Assembly (NCBI RefSeq): GCF_001194135.2
Contig: NC_068994.1
Coordinates: 54,480,530 to 54,515,844, forward strand
DNA length: 35,315 bases
Origin: Octopus bimaculoides
Taxonomy: Eukaryota
Direction of reading: 5' to 3'
The translations under genes were made by a program, and so were the position numbers. Shown here piece by piece: positions 11,552-22,524 of the stretch; the first letter of the stretch is position 1, and each line of letters opens with the position of its first letter. Under the pieces are notes generated by a model. That model did no database searches. It saw only the letters and a list, made by a program, of their open reading frames with translations, and was not told the DNA's origin.

Positions 11552-12171
11552 GGACAGGCGCTTCTGGACAAATACTTTATCATAATTGATGTCACTAGCG
11601 TGAAAAAAAATTATGAAGATTTTATAAATGATTACATAAAATTTTTGCAGGGTATAGATTTATTATATATTCATCAGTAATCATCCTCCAAGGCAAAGAG
11701 ATATGGTAAAATATAGAAAAAAAGATGCATGGAAAATAGGAAAGGCGTCAGATGTGAGAACATACAGATTCCTAATGAAGCGAGGTGTAGCTTAATTCCT
11801 TGAATATTAATGGGATATACCTGTTAAAACGGACATCAGTTGCTTAATGGTTGCCAACTATCAAATATTGGGTGTATATATCATTACCTTTTACTGGTTT
11901 CAGCCAGTAGTATAAGATATGAATTCAGAGAATCATGTGGCTATCATAATAAGCTCCTCGTACGGACCCGGCTATCAACTCATAAACTGTTGATGTAATC
12001 ATGATGTCGTGGTAATCTGATGAGCTGGCGATTTTTTTTTATTTGCATAAATTTGGGAAATTTTCAATTGTATCTTATAATGCTGAGCACATTTATTAAT
12101 GTAAACATTTGTGTATAATTTCTTGTAAACTGAAATTAATATTACATGAAGAAAACTGCGAAACGCCCTTC

Positions 12172-12279
12172 AAAGCAGTGCTCTGGCCTGGAAGCTGTCG
12201 AGCATTGAGATTGAACCGGAAACCACTGAGGTGGTCGAGAAGCGAACTTCTTAACCAAGCAGTTATGCGCCAGCCTAAT
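12172..12279 (-). mobile_element. SINE family B tRNA-like head fragment
   Basis: attgaaccggaaaccac...aagcgaacttcttaaccaagcagttatgcgcc resembles 34470-34529. Confidence 0.6.
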
Positions 12280-12329
12280 ACAAGGTTGCGTGTGCATGTA
12301 TATGTATGTGCGTTCCTGTAACAGCAGCA

Positions 12330-12331
12330 AC

Positions 12332-12375
<44 letters not shown>

Positions 12376-12408
12376 GAGGAGGAGGAGGAGGAGGAGGAGG
12401 AGGAGGAA
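12330..12408. repeat. (AGT)n followed by (AGG)n
   Basis: Directly visible; source of the poly-Leu ORF 12142-12525. Confidence 0.97.
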
Positions 12409-13104
12409 GGAGTTGTAGAGAATCACAAAGATCGGGTATGTTTGATGACACTGGCTAGAAGTGGTGGTGGCGGCGGGAAATGGATTTATAATGGTGATGT
12501 AAGAAGACAAAAAAAAAAAAGGCAAGGAAATTACAGAAGACTATTGTTCTAAGCTTGGCAGCTCCATTTAGTCTATGACTACCCAGTTTGAAATCAAATT
12601 TTCATTGTGCTGTCATGGCTGGCTTCAACTATCACTTATTGTCGCTTTTTACCGGCTGAATCAATACTTGAACCGGCAGAAACGTTGTTTGGGTTGGAGA
12701 ACGAGACAAGAGAGGAAAGCGATCATAAAATTAATTTTAATGAAATTTCATAAATCCACAGTAAATATTTGTTCTCATTCTTAAGTAAATAGTCTGTAGC
12801 TCTAAGCTTTCGTGTTTCCATGTAATCGCTTTCTCTGTCTCTCTCCCACTCACTATATCCCCCATCTCTTTCTCTCTCTCTCTCACACACACACAATTCA
12901 AGAGATGTATCTAAGCTGTTTTATTTGAATTGTCGGTGTGACTAAACACACCGGTAACATAGCCCATCTTTCCGTCATCGGCTGAATAAGCTTAGAAACC
13001 AGAAAGAATGCGGAAGCACGCCTTAAACACACTTTCATTCAAATTGATTACTTTATCGTGAAACAGGGACCATCTGGTAAGGAACAAGAAGCATGGATTG
13101 ATTT

Positions 13105-13300
13105 TCAAAGCAGTCGACGTTAAGGTATCTGGCTGCTGTTATCACGTGGGTCACGAGTTCGAGGCTTCGCAGAGTTTCTAAACATTGCACCTTGTCTAAA
13201 TAACATGATGGTGGCGTTATTGACATCGTTCGACTTCAAGCCATCCCTGATCGAATTGATTTATGTAAAAAGCGTTCCAACCATGACCATCTTGTCCTTT
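13105..13300 (+). mobile_element. Decayed tRNA-derived SINE
   Basis: B-box-like cacgagttcgaggc; its 3' motif aaaagcgttccaaccatgaccatc recurs at about 5656 (aaaagcattccgaccatgactct) and about 23165 (gacattctaaccgcgaccatccc). Confidence 0.55.
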
Positions 13301-13324
13301 TCGTGTGTGTGTGTATGTGTGTGT

Positions 13325-13505
13325 GGGGGGTAGGGGGTAGTCGATTATTTTGATTCCAGTACTCAACAAGTTCTTATCTTACCAACTCCCGAAAGGATGA
13401 AAGGCAAAGTCGACCTCGGCGGAATTTGAACTCAGAACGTATAAAAGGACGATACACCGCTAAGCATTTTGTTCCGCGTGTTAACGATTTTGCCAGCTCG
13501 TCACT
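13325..13505 (-). mobile_element. SINE family A copy
   Basis: Full diagnostic core gaaaggatgaaaggcaaagtcgacctcggcggaatttgaactcagaacg. Confidence 0.85.
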
Positions 13506-13509
13506 ATAA

Positions 13510-13748
13510 CAATGGTTTCAAATTTTGGCAGAAAGGCCAGCAATTTTGGAGGAGGGACTAAGTCGAATAAATCGACGCCAGCGCTCTCATCTGGTTCTTG
13601 TTTTATCGCCCCACCCACTAAAGGATGAAAGGCAAAGTCGACCTCGGCAGAATTTGAACACAGAACGTAAAGACGCGCGAAAATACAGCCAAGCATTTTA
13701 CCCGCCGTGTTAACGACCCTGGTAGCTCACCGCCTCGCTCGCCACTTT
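13510..13748 (-). mobile_element. SINE family A copy, tandem with the previous one
   Basis: aaggatgaaaggcaaagtcgacctcggcagaatttgaacacagaacgtaaagac...agctcaccgcct. Confidence 0.85.
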
Positions 13749-14174
13749 GATAATTTCTGTAGTGTCTTTGTGAAAAACGAAAAGACAATGCAAATACACA
13801 CACACACACCTACATATATATTATATAAAAGATCAGTACAAGTTAATTTATAAACCGAGGTCGGTGACGTGACTTGGTGGATTGAAATTTTACCCGATTC
13901 TTCCAGCAAAACCGACACAAATTACACTTAGAGAGCGACATGATATTGCTTCCAAGACTACCCCTTCTCCATATGCAAAACTATTAACAATATTCGCTAA
14001 CGTTCCTTTCCTTTCTAATGATATAATATTTGAGACTCAGCTTGTAATGCTGTCCTTGACAGCAGACATTATTGATCTGTGTATCTATCTATCTATATCT
14101 AACCTACGATGCAATGGGGAGCTACAGCAAATCTCTTTACACACAGATCATATTTATCTAGGCAGAATTACAAG

Positions 14175-14197
14175 CATGTGTATGTATGTACGTGCGC

Positions 14198-14259
<62 letters not shown>

Positions 14260-14402
14260 ATACACACACATATACATGCACACACACATATATATGCATA
14301 TACATGCATACATATATATGTATACACACACACGCACGCATACATACATATATATATATAGAGAGAGAGAGACATACATACATACATACAGACATACATA
14401 CA

Positions 14403-14433
<31 letters not shown>

Positions 14434-14460
14434 GTATGTATGTATGTATCTATACTTATA
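14175..14460. repeat. Compound (TA)n/(GT)n/(CA)n/(GA)n/(CATA)n microsatellite
   Basis: Directly visible. Confidence 0.97.
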
Positions 14461-14948
14461 CATGCAATTATTTAGTCTGTCTGTGATTGAAATTGCTTCG
14501 AAACAGACGGATTCTCATGATGGTGCTTTGAAAATAGTTCTTTGTATTTTATTTAGCGGTGTTTAGTCATTTCTTCGGATGCTATATTCTACTGCAAAGC
14601 AAAGATGATATGTATTGAATCTGTTAATGAATGGCTTGTTGTTTTTGACGACCAACAAGTTTATTATGACATTCAAAAAATTTTCTTTTCATCTTTCAAG
14701 TCCCATATATATTTAACCATTGACATGATAATACTATATTGCGGATGTCGTAAGGACAATACGCAATATGCATTGCGTACATGGACTTTTAAACGAAACA
14801 GCTGTAAGACCAATATGATATATTTCTATATCACTTAATTACTAATGCCTTGTCAAAGCATTTTCTATTGAGCGCATAATTTATAGTGATACAGAGATTG
14901 ATTATATCATTTTACAGAGATTGATTATATCATTCCTTTGATAATACG

Positions 14949-15200
14949 GTTCGAAGTTTGTACCGAAAGTAATGTAAAAGTAGTCACAACATTTTTTCTA
15001 TTAACTAACAGACTGTTCAGATTGCATATGTCGGCAGAGTAGATCTTCTTCAATCGTAACTCTTTTTGCTGTTATTCTTCATCGCAGGCAAATAATGTGT
15101 TCCAAACAGAAGCAACATGCCGTCATCGAGTTCTTAGCAGAGGAGGAGCAGACTGTCAGACATTCGCAGAAAGCTACAATTTATTTACGGAGGACAATGA
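14949..15200 (+). pseudogene. Mariner 5' end and transposase N-terminal (HTH) remnant
   Basis: MCSKQKQHAVIEFLAEEEQTV, then frameshifted IRRKLQFIYGG, resembling the mariner N-terminus (QRAVIEFL...IHRRL..VYG). Confidence 0.7.
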
Positions 15201-15221
15201 GCCTATATATATATATACACA

Positions 15222-15345
15222 CACAAGAGGTGCTGAAAAGTTTCTGGCTTTGGGTCAGTTACGATTTTATTCAACATATTCCCCTCTCAGACTCAAACAC
15301 TTATCGCAACAGTCCTTCAGTTTTTCTAAGCTCTGTGAAAGAACT
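15222..15345 (+). mobile_element. Mariner-like terminal region, separate element
   Basis: gaggtgctgaaaagtttctggcttt...tttattcaacatattcccctctcagactcaaacactta...cagtccttcagtttttctaag following a TA/CA repeat; matches a mariner TIR pattern from memory. Confidence 0.55.
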
Positions 15346-15453
15346 CGGAAGGAGCTATTAATATTGTGTATATCAAATGATACTTATCTCTCACTGGATG
15401 GAGTGCTCTTTTGTTGATCCTACTGATAACGGAACTAACTAATTAGCTAACTC

Positions 15454-15492
<39 letters not shown>

Positions 15493-15805
15493 NNNNNNNN
15501 NNNNNNNNNNNNNNNNNNNNNNNNNNNNNNNNNNNNNNNNNNNNNNNNNNNNNNNNNNNNNNNNNNNNNNNNNNNNNNNNNNNNNNNNNNNNNNNNNNNN
15601 NNNNNNNNNNNNNNNNNNNNNNNNNNNNNNNNNNNNNNNNNNNNNNNNNNNNNNNNNNNNNNNNNNNNNNNNNNNNNNNNNNNNNNNNNNNNNNNNNNNN
15701 NNNNNNNNNNNNNNNNNNNNNNNNNNNNNNNNNNNNNNNNNNNNNNNNNNNNNNNNNNNNNNNNNNNNNNNNNNNNNNNNNNNNNNNNNNNNNNNNNNNN
15801 NNNNN

Positions 15806-15880
15806 ATATAGCAGGAGTGGATGTGTGGTAAGAAGCTTGCTTCACCAACCACATGATTCTGAGTTCAGCCCCATTGCTAA
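15806..15880 (+). mobile_element. SINE family B tRNA-like head
   Basis: gcaggagtggatgtgtggtaagaagcttgcttcaccaaccacatgattctgagttcagcccc (A-box-like and B-box-like motifs). Confidence 0.7.
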
Positions 15881-16101
15881 AATTTGAAGTCAATATTTGC
15901 AGTGTCTGTAATTTGTAGTTAAATCCTTGGCAAGTTTCTATTAGGTATTTTCTAAATCCATTTCGAGTAAATCTATGAGAGAAGTATGGTCGGATTAGAT
16001 CTAGGTCTATGTACAGGCCTAGTTATGAACGATGTAATACTTTTGGAAATCCGACTAATAGATGCGATAAAACTAGTCGACAATACTCTTGTCTACTCAC
16101 A

Positions 16102-16296
16102 AGGCTCGAAATTTCGGAGAGGGGGCCAGTCGATTAGATCGACCCCAGTACGCAACTGGTACTTAATTTATCGACCCCAAAAGGATGAAAGGCAAAGTCG
16201 GCCTCGGCGGAATTTGAACTCAGAACATAAAGACAGACGAAATACTGCTAAGCATTTCGCCCGGTGTGCTAACGTTTCTGCCAAGCTCGCTGCCTA
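16102..16296 (-). mobile_element. SINE family A copy, well preserved
   Basis: gtcgattagatcgaccccagtacgcaactggtacttaatttatcgaccccaaaaggatgaaaggcaaagtcggcctcggcggaatttgaactcagaac...ttctgccaagctcgctgcct. Confidence 0.9.
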
Positions 16297-16850
16297 GTCT
16301 ACAATATTATTCCTGTTTCAATGAAACCAACGACTTAATGGAAAGTGAAAGAAAGCTATAGGCTTGCTTCTTTGGAAAAATGAATTTAAAAGAAAAAGCG
16401 CTTTCGTAAACTCGTGTAGGTTCCGGACATAAAACACTTTTAAATATTGCCTTTGGTATTACACGTTTCGAGCTCNNNNNNNNNNNNNNNNNNNNNNNNN
16501 NNNNNNNNNNNNNNNNNNNNNNNNNNNNNNNNNNNNNNNNNNNNNNNNNNNNNNNNNNNNNNNNNNNNNNNNNNNNNNNNNNNNNNNNNNNNNNNNNNNN
16601 NNNNNNNNNNNNNNNNNNNNNNNNNNNNNNNNNNNNNNNNNNNNNNNNNNNNNNNNNNNNNNNNNNNNNNNNNNNNNNNNNNNNNNNNNNNNNNNNNNNN
16701 NNNNNNNNNNNNNNNNNNNNNNNNNNNNNNNNNNNNNNNNNNNNNNNNNNNNNNNNNNNNNNNNNNNNNNNNNNNNNNNNNNNNNNNNNNNNNNNNNNNN
16801 NNNNNNNNNNNNNNNNNNNNNNNNNNNNNNNNNNNNNNNNNNNNTGTAAG

Positions 16851-16882
<32 letters not shown>

Positions 16883-17310
16883 CTTACACACATATACAAA
16901 CATACATGTAACCTAGAAATCTTGAAGCACATTCATCTGTTTTACATGATCTACCATCGTCACCACCACCAACAACAACAATAGCTGCAACAACACCATC
17001 GCGGCTTACACAAAGCCGATCTGCTTCTTTTCCAGAAAGACAGAATCGAGTCCAGATGACAATTTAGTCCTAAAATAGAATGTAATGAGCTCTACAGTTG
17101 TATAGAGTTGGTGGGGAGGGAAGGAGGGTTAAGTACTCGGGGTTAGGGTTGCTAGGGGTTAGGGTTGGTGTGATGGTGGAACTATTAACGGCAAAGAACC
17201 AGAAACAAGGAGGAGCCGGTGGTGAGGATATCTTTAGTGAAAAATGGGGAAAATCTATACATTATAAATGTAAACTTGAATAGCGTCCTATATATGTACA
17301 TAATTCCATT

Positions 17311-17530
17311 TAAGGTGTTAAGCTGGCTGAAGAGTTAAAAAGTCGAAAACAAAGCCATGCAGTATTTCTTTCAGCTTGTTTTTTGTTCAGAGTTCGAATC
17401 CAGTCGTGGTCGACTTAGCCTTTCATCTTTCTGTAGTTGATAAAATAAAGTACCAGTTAGATACTGGGGTCAAAAGAGTCGACAATCCCCTTCCCTCCTT
17501 ATATGATTGGCAATATGCAAAATTTCGAAA
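17311..17530 (+). mobile_element. SINE family A copy in plus orientation
   Basis: aagctggctgaagagtta...gagttcgaatcc...gtcgacttagcctttcatctttc...gtaccagttagatactggggtc. Confidence 0.8.
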
Positions 17531-17589
17531 AATTTATTATAGCTCCATTTAAATTTTAAAAATACCCTGTGGCTCGTTTGGATGTCAGC

Positions 17590-18640
17590 ATGGAATCAAA
17601 CAATTCCACCAAGATTGAAGAATGACGATTTCACTGGGTTCTTTCTACAAACTAGCTCTTCATACTGAGAAATAGGATGACTATACATGGAGCCCCAACA
17701 CATGTAGCCTTTACTTCTCCGATAGACCCAACATTGATCAACACCTGTTCGTTAATAACAGTTGATTAAATATTTACTTGAAACTAAACTCCTCACATCT
17801 GTAAGATTTTTGGATGAGTTTCTTAACCTGAGTACGTCTTTAACCCACAGTTTTTACAAAACCTTTCAACAAATATTCTAAATAATCTAGTTCAGATTGT
17901 TTCACTTAGATTATCATCTCATCTCTCAGCCAACAAGCAAACTTTTAATGACTATTCTAGTTTATATAATGAAACTAAATACAAGTGGCGTGAAGGAGAA
18001 AGTGACATACATTTAACCCATACCGAAAATAACCGGACATGAAAATAGAAAAAAAGGGCATAAGTTACTCAGTCCACCTTTGAAGTTGTCTTTTTTTATC
18101 TTAAACATTTTCCACAACCGCGTAGATATGTTAGACTTCATAATAAGAGTAGTGAAGAAAGTTCTTACTCTGTTATACTTCGCCAAAGCTAGCCTTTTAA
18201 ACTTTTAATAACCGTTTTTGTCCGAATCAAACTAACCCAACGACTTTCTCTCTTATTAACTGTATTTATAACAATCTTCTGTGTCTCAAAAATCTAACGA
18301 TTTGTCTAAAGTAATATATCATTGTAATGTGCAAACAGCTATCTATACTAAAGCAGACATCAACCTCAGCACAAAACCTCTCAAATTTCGGTATAATCAA
18401 CATACTTTCTCTTTCAGACGTTCTATTGCAAACATGACCACATAATTTTCACCTTATATCTGGGGACTGAAGGATAAAATCCACAAGCGGTAACTGAAAT
18501 TGGAAAATGCTTGTCAAGACCCGTTCTTTCAAAAATAAACGAAAACTGAGTAAGTCAGGAAGCTTTATATTTGGTAACAGACATTCAAAGCTATTAAATA
18601 CTCACAACTGGAAATGCATTTGAACTGAATGTTCCACGCT
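17590..18640 (+). pseudogene. Penelope-like element remnant: RT core and thumb plus GIY-YIG endonuclease, many stops and frameshifts
   Basis: Hand translation gives ordered motifs LKNDDF (DD at 17624-17629), RFLDEFLNLST (17804), SLRLSSHLSANKQTFNDYSSLYNE, KHFP...HNK...SYS, CNVQTAIYTKA...KPLKFRYNQHTFSFR (18323), SPYIWGLKDK, WKML and KLLN. Confidence 0.75.
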
Positions 18641-18970
18641 CAACTTTACCCTATACCTGTAACTATGTAATTCTTTACCGTCCGCATATAAATAATTTAG
18701 TCGATGTTCGCTCTGTCACTCTTAGCACACAATTAACTGTACAAAACTTATATATCTTCTAATTACCAATTTTATTATCTTTATTAATCTCGCATGCCAT
18801 TAACTATTCTAAAACATTATTTTCCTGCAGCCACCTAATCTTGGTGACCTACAATAATTTGCCTCTTGTATCATTAACACACATACACAGACATTCTGTC
18901 TGACTCTCAAACGATTCACCCAAGTTGTCTTTATATAACAATGATAACAACAACAAAACAATAATGATAA

Positions 18971-19099
18971 TGTAGACGTGGCCGCTTTGCAAATACATGG
19001 TTTCGGGTTCAGTCCCAATGGATGACATCTTGAGCAAGTGTTATTATTGTAGCCTCCCAGTTGATTGATGTCTAGTGAATTAAAAAAAAAACTATGGAA

Positions 19100-19172
<73 letters not shown>

Positions 19173-19403
19173 ACATGTATATATATATAATGTATATATG
19201 CATATACATATATAGACATATATACAATGTATATATAGACATATATATAATGTATATATGTATATATATATACATATGTACACACATATATATACACATA
19301 TACATATATATACACATATATATATACATATATACATTATATATACATTATATATTTACATTTATACATCGTATATATATGTGTGTGATAGCGCCCATAT
19401 ACA

Positions 19404-19469
<66 letters not shown>

Positions 19470-19736
19470 GCGCACATATATATACACACACACATACATG
19501 GGTTGCTTATATATGTTTGTCATGACGTTGACAACTACTAAAGAAGCGGTGTCTTTGTTTTATGCCTAAATTAATTAACGGTTTGACAATGAGAAAGCGA
19601 TAAGTACCAAACTTATAACAAAGTGCTGGGTTGGGAGTGTTGTGGTTGAGCGATGTGATTGTTTAAGACCCTTTGAGGTGGTGCTCTAGCATGGCCACAG
19701 TCTATTCACTGAGACAATGCTAAAGAGCAAAAGAGA
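18971..19736 (+). mobile_element. Full-length SINE family B with about 400 bp of internal (CA)n/(TA)n
   Basis: Head catggtttcgggttcagtccc...cttgagcaagtg...ctatggaaacc, microsatellite 19104-19497, body, and tail gaggtggtgctctagcatggccacagtctattcactgagac. Confidence 0.7.
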
Positions 19737-20488
19737 TATGTTATTTATTCCGTCTCAATGACAGTTTAAAGCCGCTTATGTGTCTATTGAGAAAGCTAAT
19801 ACGATCGGGGAAAGATGTTTACTTGACCGACATCGGAAAAACGTTCACTAAAGCTTTTCACATGTTCTCTCTCAAGGATTGCGTGTCGTATGTGTGTGTG
19901 TGTGTGAGTGTGTATGTGCATATGTTTGTCTGCATGTGGTGTGTTGTGTGTGTGTGTGTATTGTAGGCATATGTGTTCGAGTGAGCATGTATGTGTGATA
20001 GCGCACATATGTGTGTATGAGGCAGGCGTCCATTTCCTCGTTTTGAACTCAACAAACGCAGACGATTTATTCAATGTTACAATGCCAAACATATATGGTT
20101 GCTCAGACTTTATTTATTCAGAAATCTTTGTAAAATGCATAAAAACAAAAAAAGAATCAACAATGTCGTATATGTCTGATGAACAAATGCCAAAGCCATA
20201 TTTAGTTTGATTGTCTAGAATTTCAAAACCCTTGCCAATAAATTTAGTCCGAAACAGATTCATATGGTACTGCATAGTACTGTATAGTTTGAGAGCAATG
20301 CATATTGATCTGTGAGGTCTCTACGCTGTCTATCGACGACATATTACCGTATTTGTTGGTCGTCTGCTTCTGTATTAGCAGGTCGTCTGCGGCCACATTT
20401 GTTGATCGTCTGCTACTGAATTAAGTCGGGCTATATCCAACAGTTAAAATAGGAAGAATTAATGAACCAGTGAAGAGACCCTTTACAT

Positions 20489-20702
20489 CAGGTGTCACAA
20501 AATACCAGGCGGCCCGCACAGAGTATTCTAGTCTGCTGGGTGATTTTGCATTGTATATGTAATTATTTGTATTATGCAATAATTAAATAATGAATTATGC
20601 ATTTTATTGTGATTTGTTAGGCGCGTGATCACCCGGTTTGTTGAAAAATTGTCTTGCATGAAACCAGTCCGTGGTGAAAGAAAAAAAAGGTTGGGACCGC
20701 TG
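20489..20702 (+). mobile_element. Non-autonomous hAT (Charlie-type) element with MER1-like right end and 8-bp TSD
   Basis: Termini caggtgtcacaaa and ggttgggaccgctg; flanks ctttacat (20481-20488) and ctctacat (20703-20710) match at 7/8; right end gaaaaattgtcttgcatgaaaccagtccgtggtg...aaaaaggttgggaccgctg. Confidence 0.8.
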
Positions 20703-20713
20703 CTCTACATGAT

Positions 20714-20962
20714 TGCTTCAAGGATACACTGAAAGCCTCACTGAAGAGCTTTGAGATCAATCCGAACAGAAGAAGATTACAAGGGAACAAAGAAAACGTG
20801 AATTGCGTAAGTCCAGAGCTTTCACTCCCAACGGACCACCAGTGCTCGACCTGTTGCAGAACAGTCTGAGCACGCATCGGTCTGATCGGCCACAACCGGG
20901 CACATCATATCCCGTTTTCTGCTATGTGATATCCTCTGTCATCGCCCACAACGACGGACGAT
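20714..20962 (+). pseudogene. RTE-clade LINE 3' remnant with C-terminal zinc-finger-like motif and 3' UTR
   Basis: One frame reads CFKDTLKASLKSFEINP...HQCSTCCRTV*ARIGLIGHNRAHH; the alternate frame gives EQKKITREQRKRELRKS; matches the RTE C-terminus (KDTLKASLK...C..C.R...ARIGL.SH.R.H). Confidence 0.85.
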
Positions 20963-21245
20963 TTAGTATGTTTCATTGTTTATTAATTTACAAGACAGGA
21001 TCATCATTTGTGGGTGAATTGTCTTTGAATACATGTAGATATTCAGTTGGAGCTGATTTGGGTTGAAACAACATCAACGACAATAATGGCAGAAGCAGAT
21101 TTAAGAACAGAGCAAGTAGAAATAATATTGTAAAAAACAGTGAAAAGCAAATTTGATATAAGCAAAATAATCAGAATACATTCGATATAAAAATGGCGAG
21201 AGAAATTGAGTTTAAAAAATGATAGAAAAGCAAACAGCAAAAAGA

Positions 21246-21286
<41 letters not shown>

Positions 21287-21644
21287 TCAGATTGAAGTCG
21301 AAATCAAATAAAACAGAATAAAGCGGAGTTGGAATATAAGTTTGGTAGGAAGTGGAATTAATTGAGAATAAATCTGAATCTGATTAAAATAAATTAATAG
21401 ATTAATTGGTTTGTGATTAAGTTAAGGTTATTTTAGAGAATAAATTTGTACATTTAAATGAGTGTAGGTAACGAAAGACAATGCGATGGACGAAAAATAA
21501 GAAAGAAAAGATGACGAAGAAAGCAGAGAGCTCGTAGGATTTAGTTTAGGCGCACTCGGTTACAATGTTGTGTTGATCCTATTTTGTAATACTTGTTTAG
21601 AGCTAATCTTGGCCTCAATATTTGAAAAGTACTTTATTTTACCA

Positions 21645-21740
21645 AACCCAGAAGACGTTGACATCGGTGGGATTTGAACTCAGAACGTAAAAGACCAGAA
21701 GAAACACTACAAAGCATTTTGTCTGATACTCAATTCGACG
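21645..21740 (-). mobile_element. SINE family A partial copy
   Basis: gttgacatcggtgggatttgaactcagaacgtaaaagac...aagcattttgtc. Confidence 0.7.
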
Positions 21741-21761
21741 AAGTTACTGTTCTAATGATAA

Positions 21762-21969
21762 TAATGATTCTTTCTACTCTAGGTAGAAGGTCTGAAAATT
21801 TGGGAAAGGGGTCGAGTCGAGTATATCAACTGGTATTTATTTTGTCGACCCCGAAGGGATGATAGGCAAAGTTGACCTCGGCGGAATTTGAACTCAGAAC
21901 GGAAAAACGAACGAAATGCCACTAAGCATTTGGTCCGGTGTACTAATGATTCTGCCAGCTCAACGCTTT
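21762..21969 (-). mobile_element. SINE family A copy
   Basis: Diagnostic core plus head ...gattctgccagctcaacgcttt. Confidence 0.85.
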
Positions 21970-21984
21970 AATAATAATACTAAT

Positions 21985-22183
21985 AATAATCCTTTCTACT
22001 ATAGGCACAAGGCCTGAAATTTGTGGGAGGAGGATAATCGATTTCATCGACCCCAGTGCGACACCGAAAGGATGAAAGACAAAGTCGAACCCGGAGGAAC
22101 TTGAACTCGGAACATGAAGACAGACGAAATGCCACCTAGCATTTCTTCCTGTTGTACTAACGAGTGTGCCAGCTCGCCACTTT
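21985..22183 (-). mobile_element. SINE family A copy flanked by (AAT)n
   Basis: aataatcctttctactataggcacaaggcctgaaattt...gaaaggatgaaagacaaagtcgaacc...gccagctcgccacttt. Confidence 0.85.
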
Positions 22184-22221
22184 AATAACAATAATAATTT
22201 CATTTATTTGCCACAAGGGCG

Positions 22222-22224
<3 letters not shown>

Positions 22225-22281
<57 letters not shown>
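22225..22281. repeat. (AAT)n microsatellite
   Basis: Directly visible. Confidence 0.98.
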
Positions 22282-22284
<3 letters not shown>

Positions 22285-22524
22285 TCTATTTCAAAACGGG
22301 GGCACCAGTTTTCATTTATGTTTTATGTAGTGTTTTTGGTACCGAAAGACTTTCAAACGTCGTATACTTATCTATTTTGTGTTATAGAACAGAAAAAAAT
22401 TTTTGTATTCGAATTTATTTCATGTAAAAAATTGTCTTATTTCGATAATTTCTACTAATCACTGACGTCTATTCAGTTGAAAACAGTTAGCGCTGTAACG
22501 GTGTATATCGTATTAATCCCCTAA

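Noticed and set aside
12142-12525. Poly-Leu ORF as a membrane protein
   Set aside because: It derives from (AGT)n(AGG)n read on the minus strand.
14605-14838. ORF with WLVVFDD resembling an NB-ARC Walker B motif
   Set aside because: Single short motif with no flanking domain similarity or convincing splice sites.
16450-16475. Third hammerhead-like fragment (minus strand GAGCUCGAAACGUG)
   Set aside because: It is cut off by the N gap before the catalytic core and has G at the H position; cannot be evaluated.
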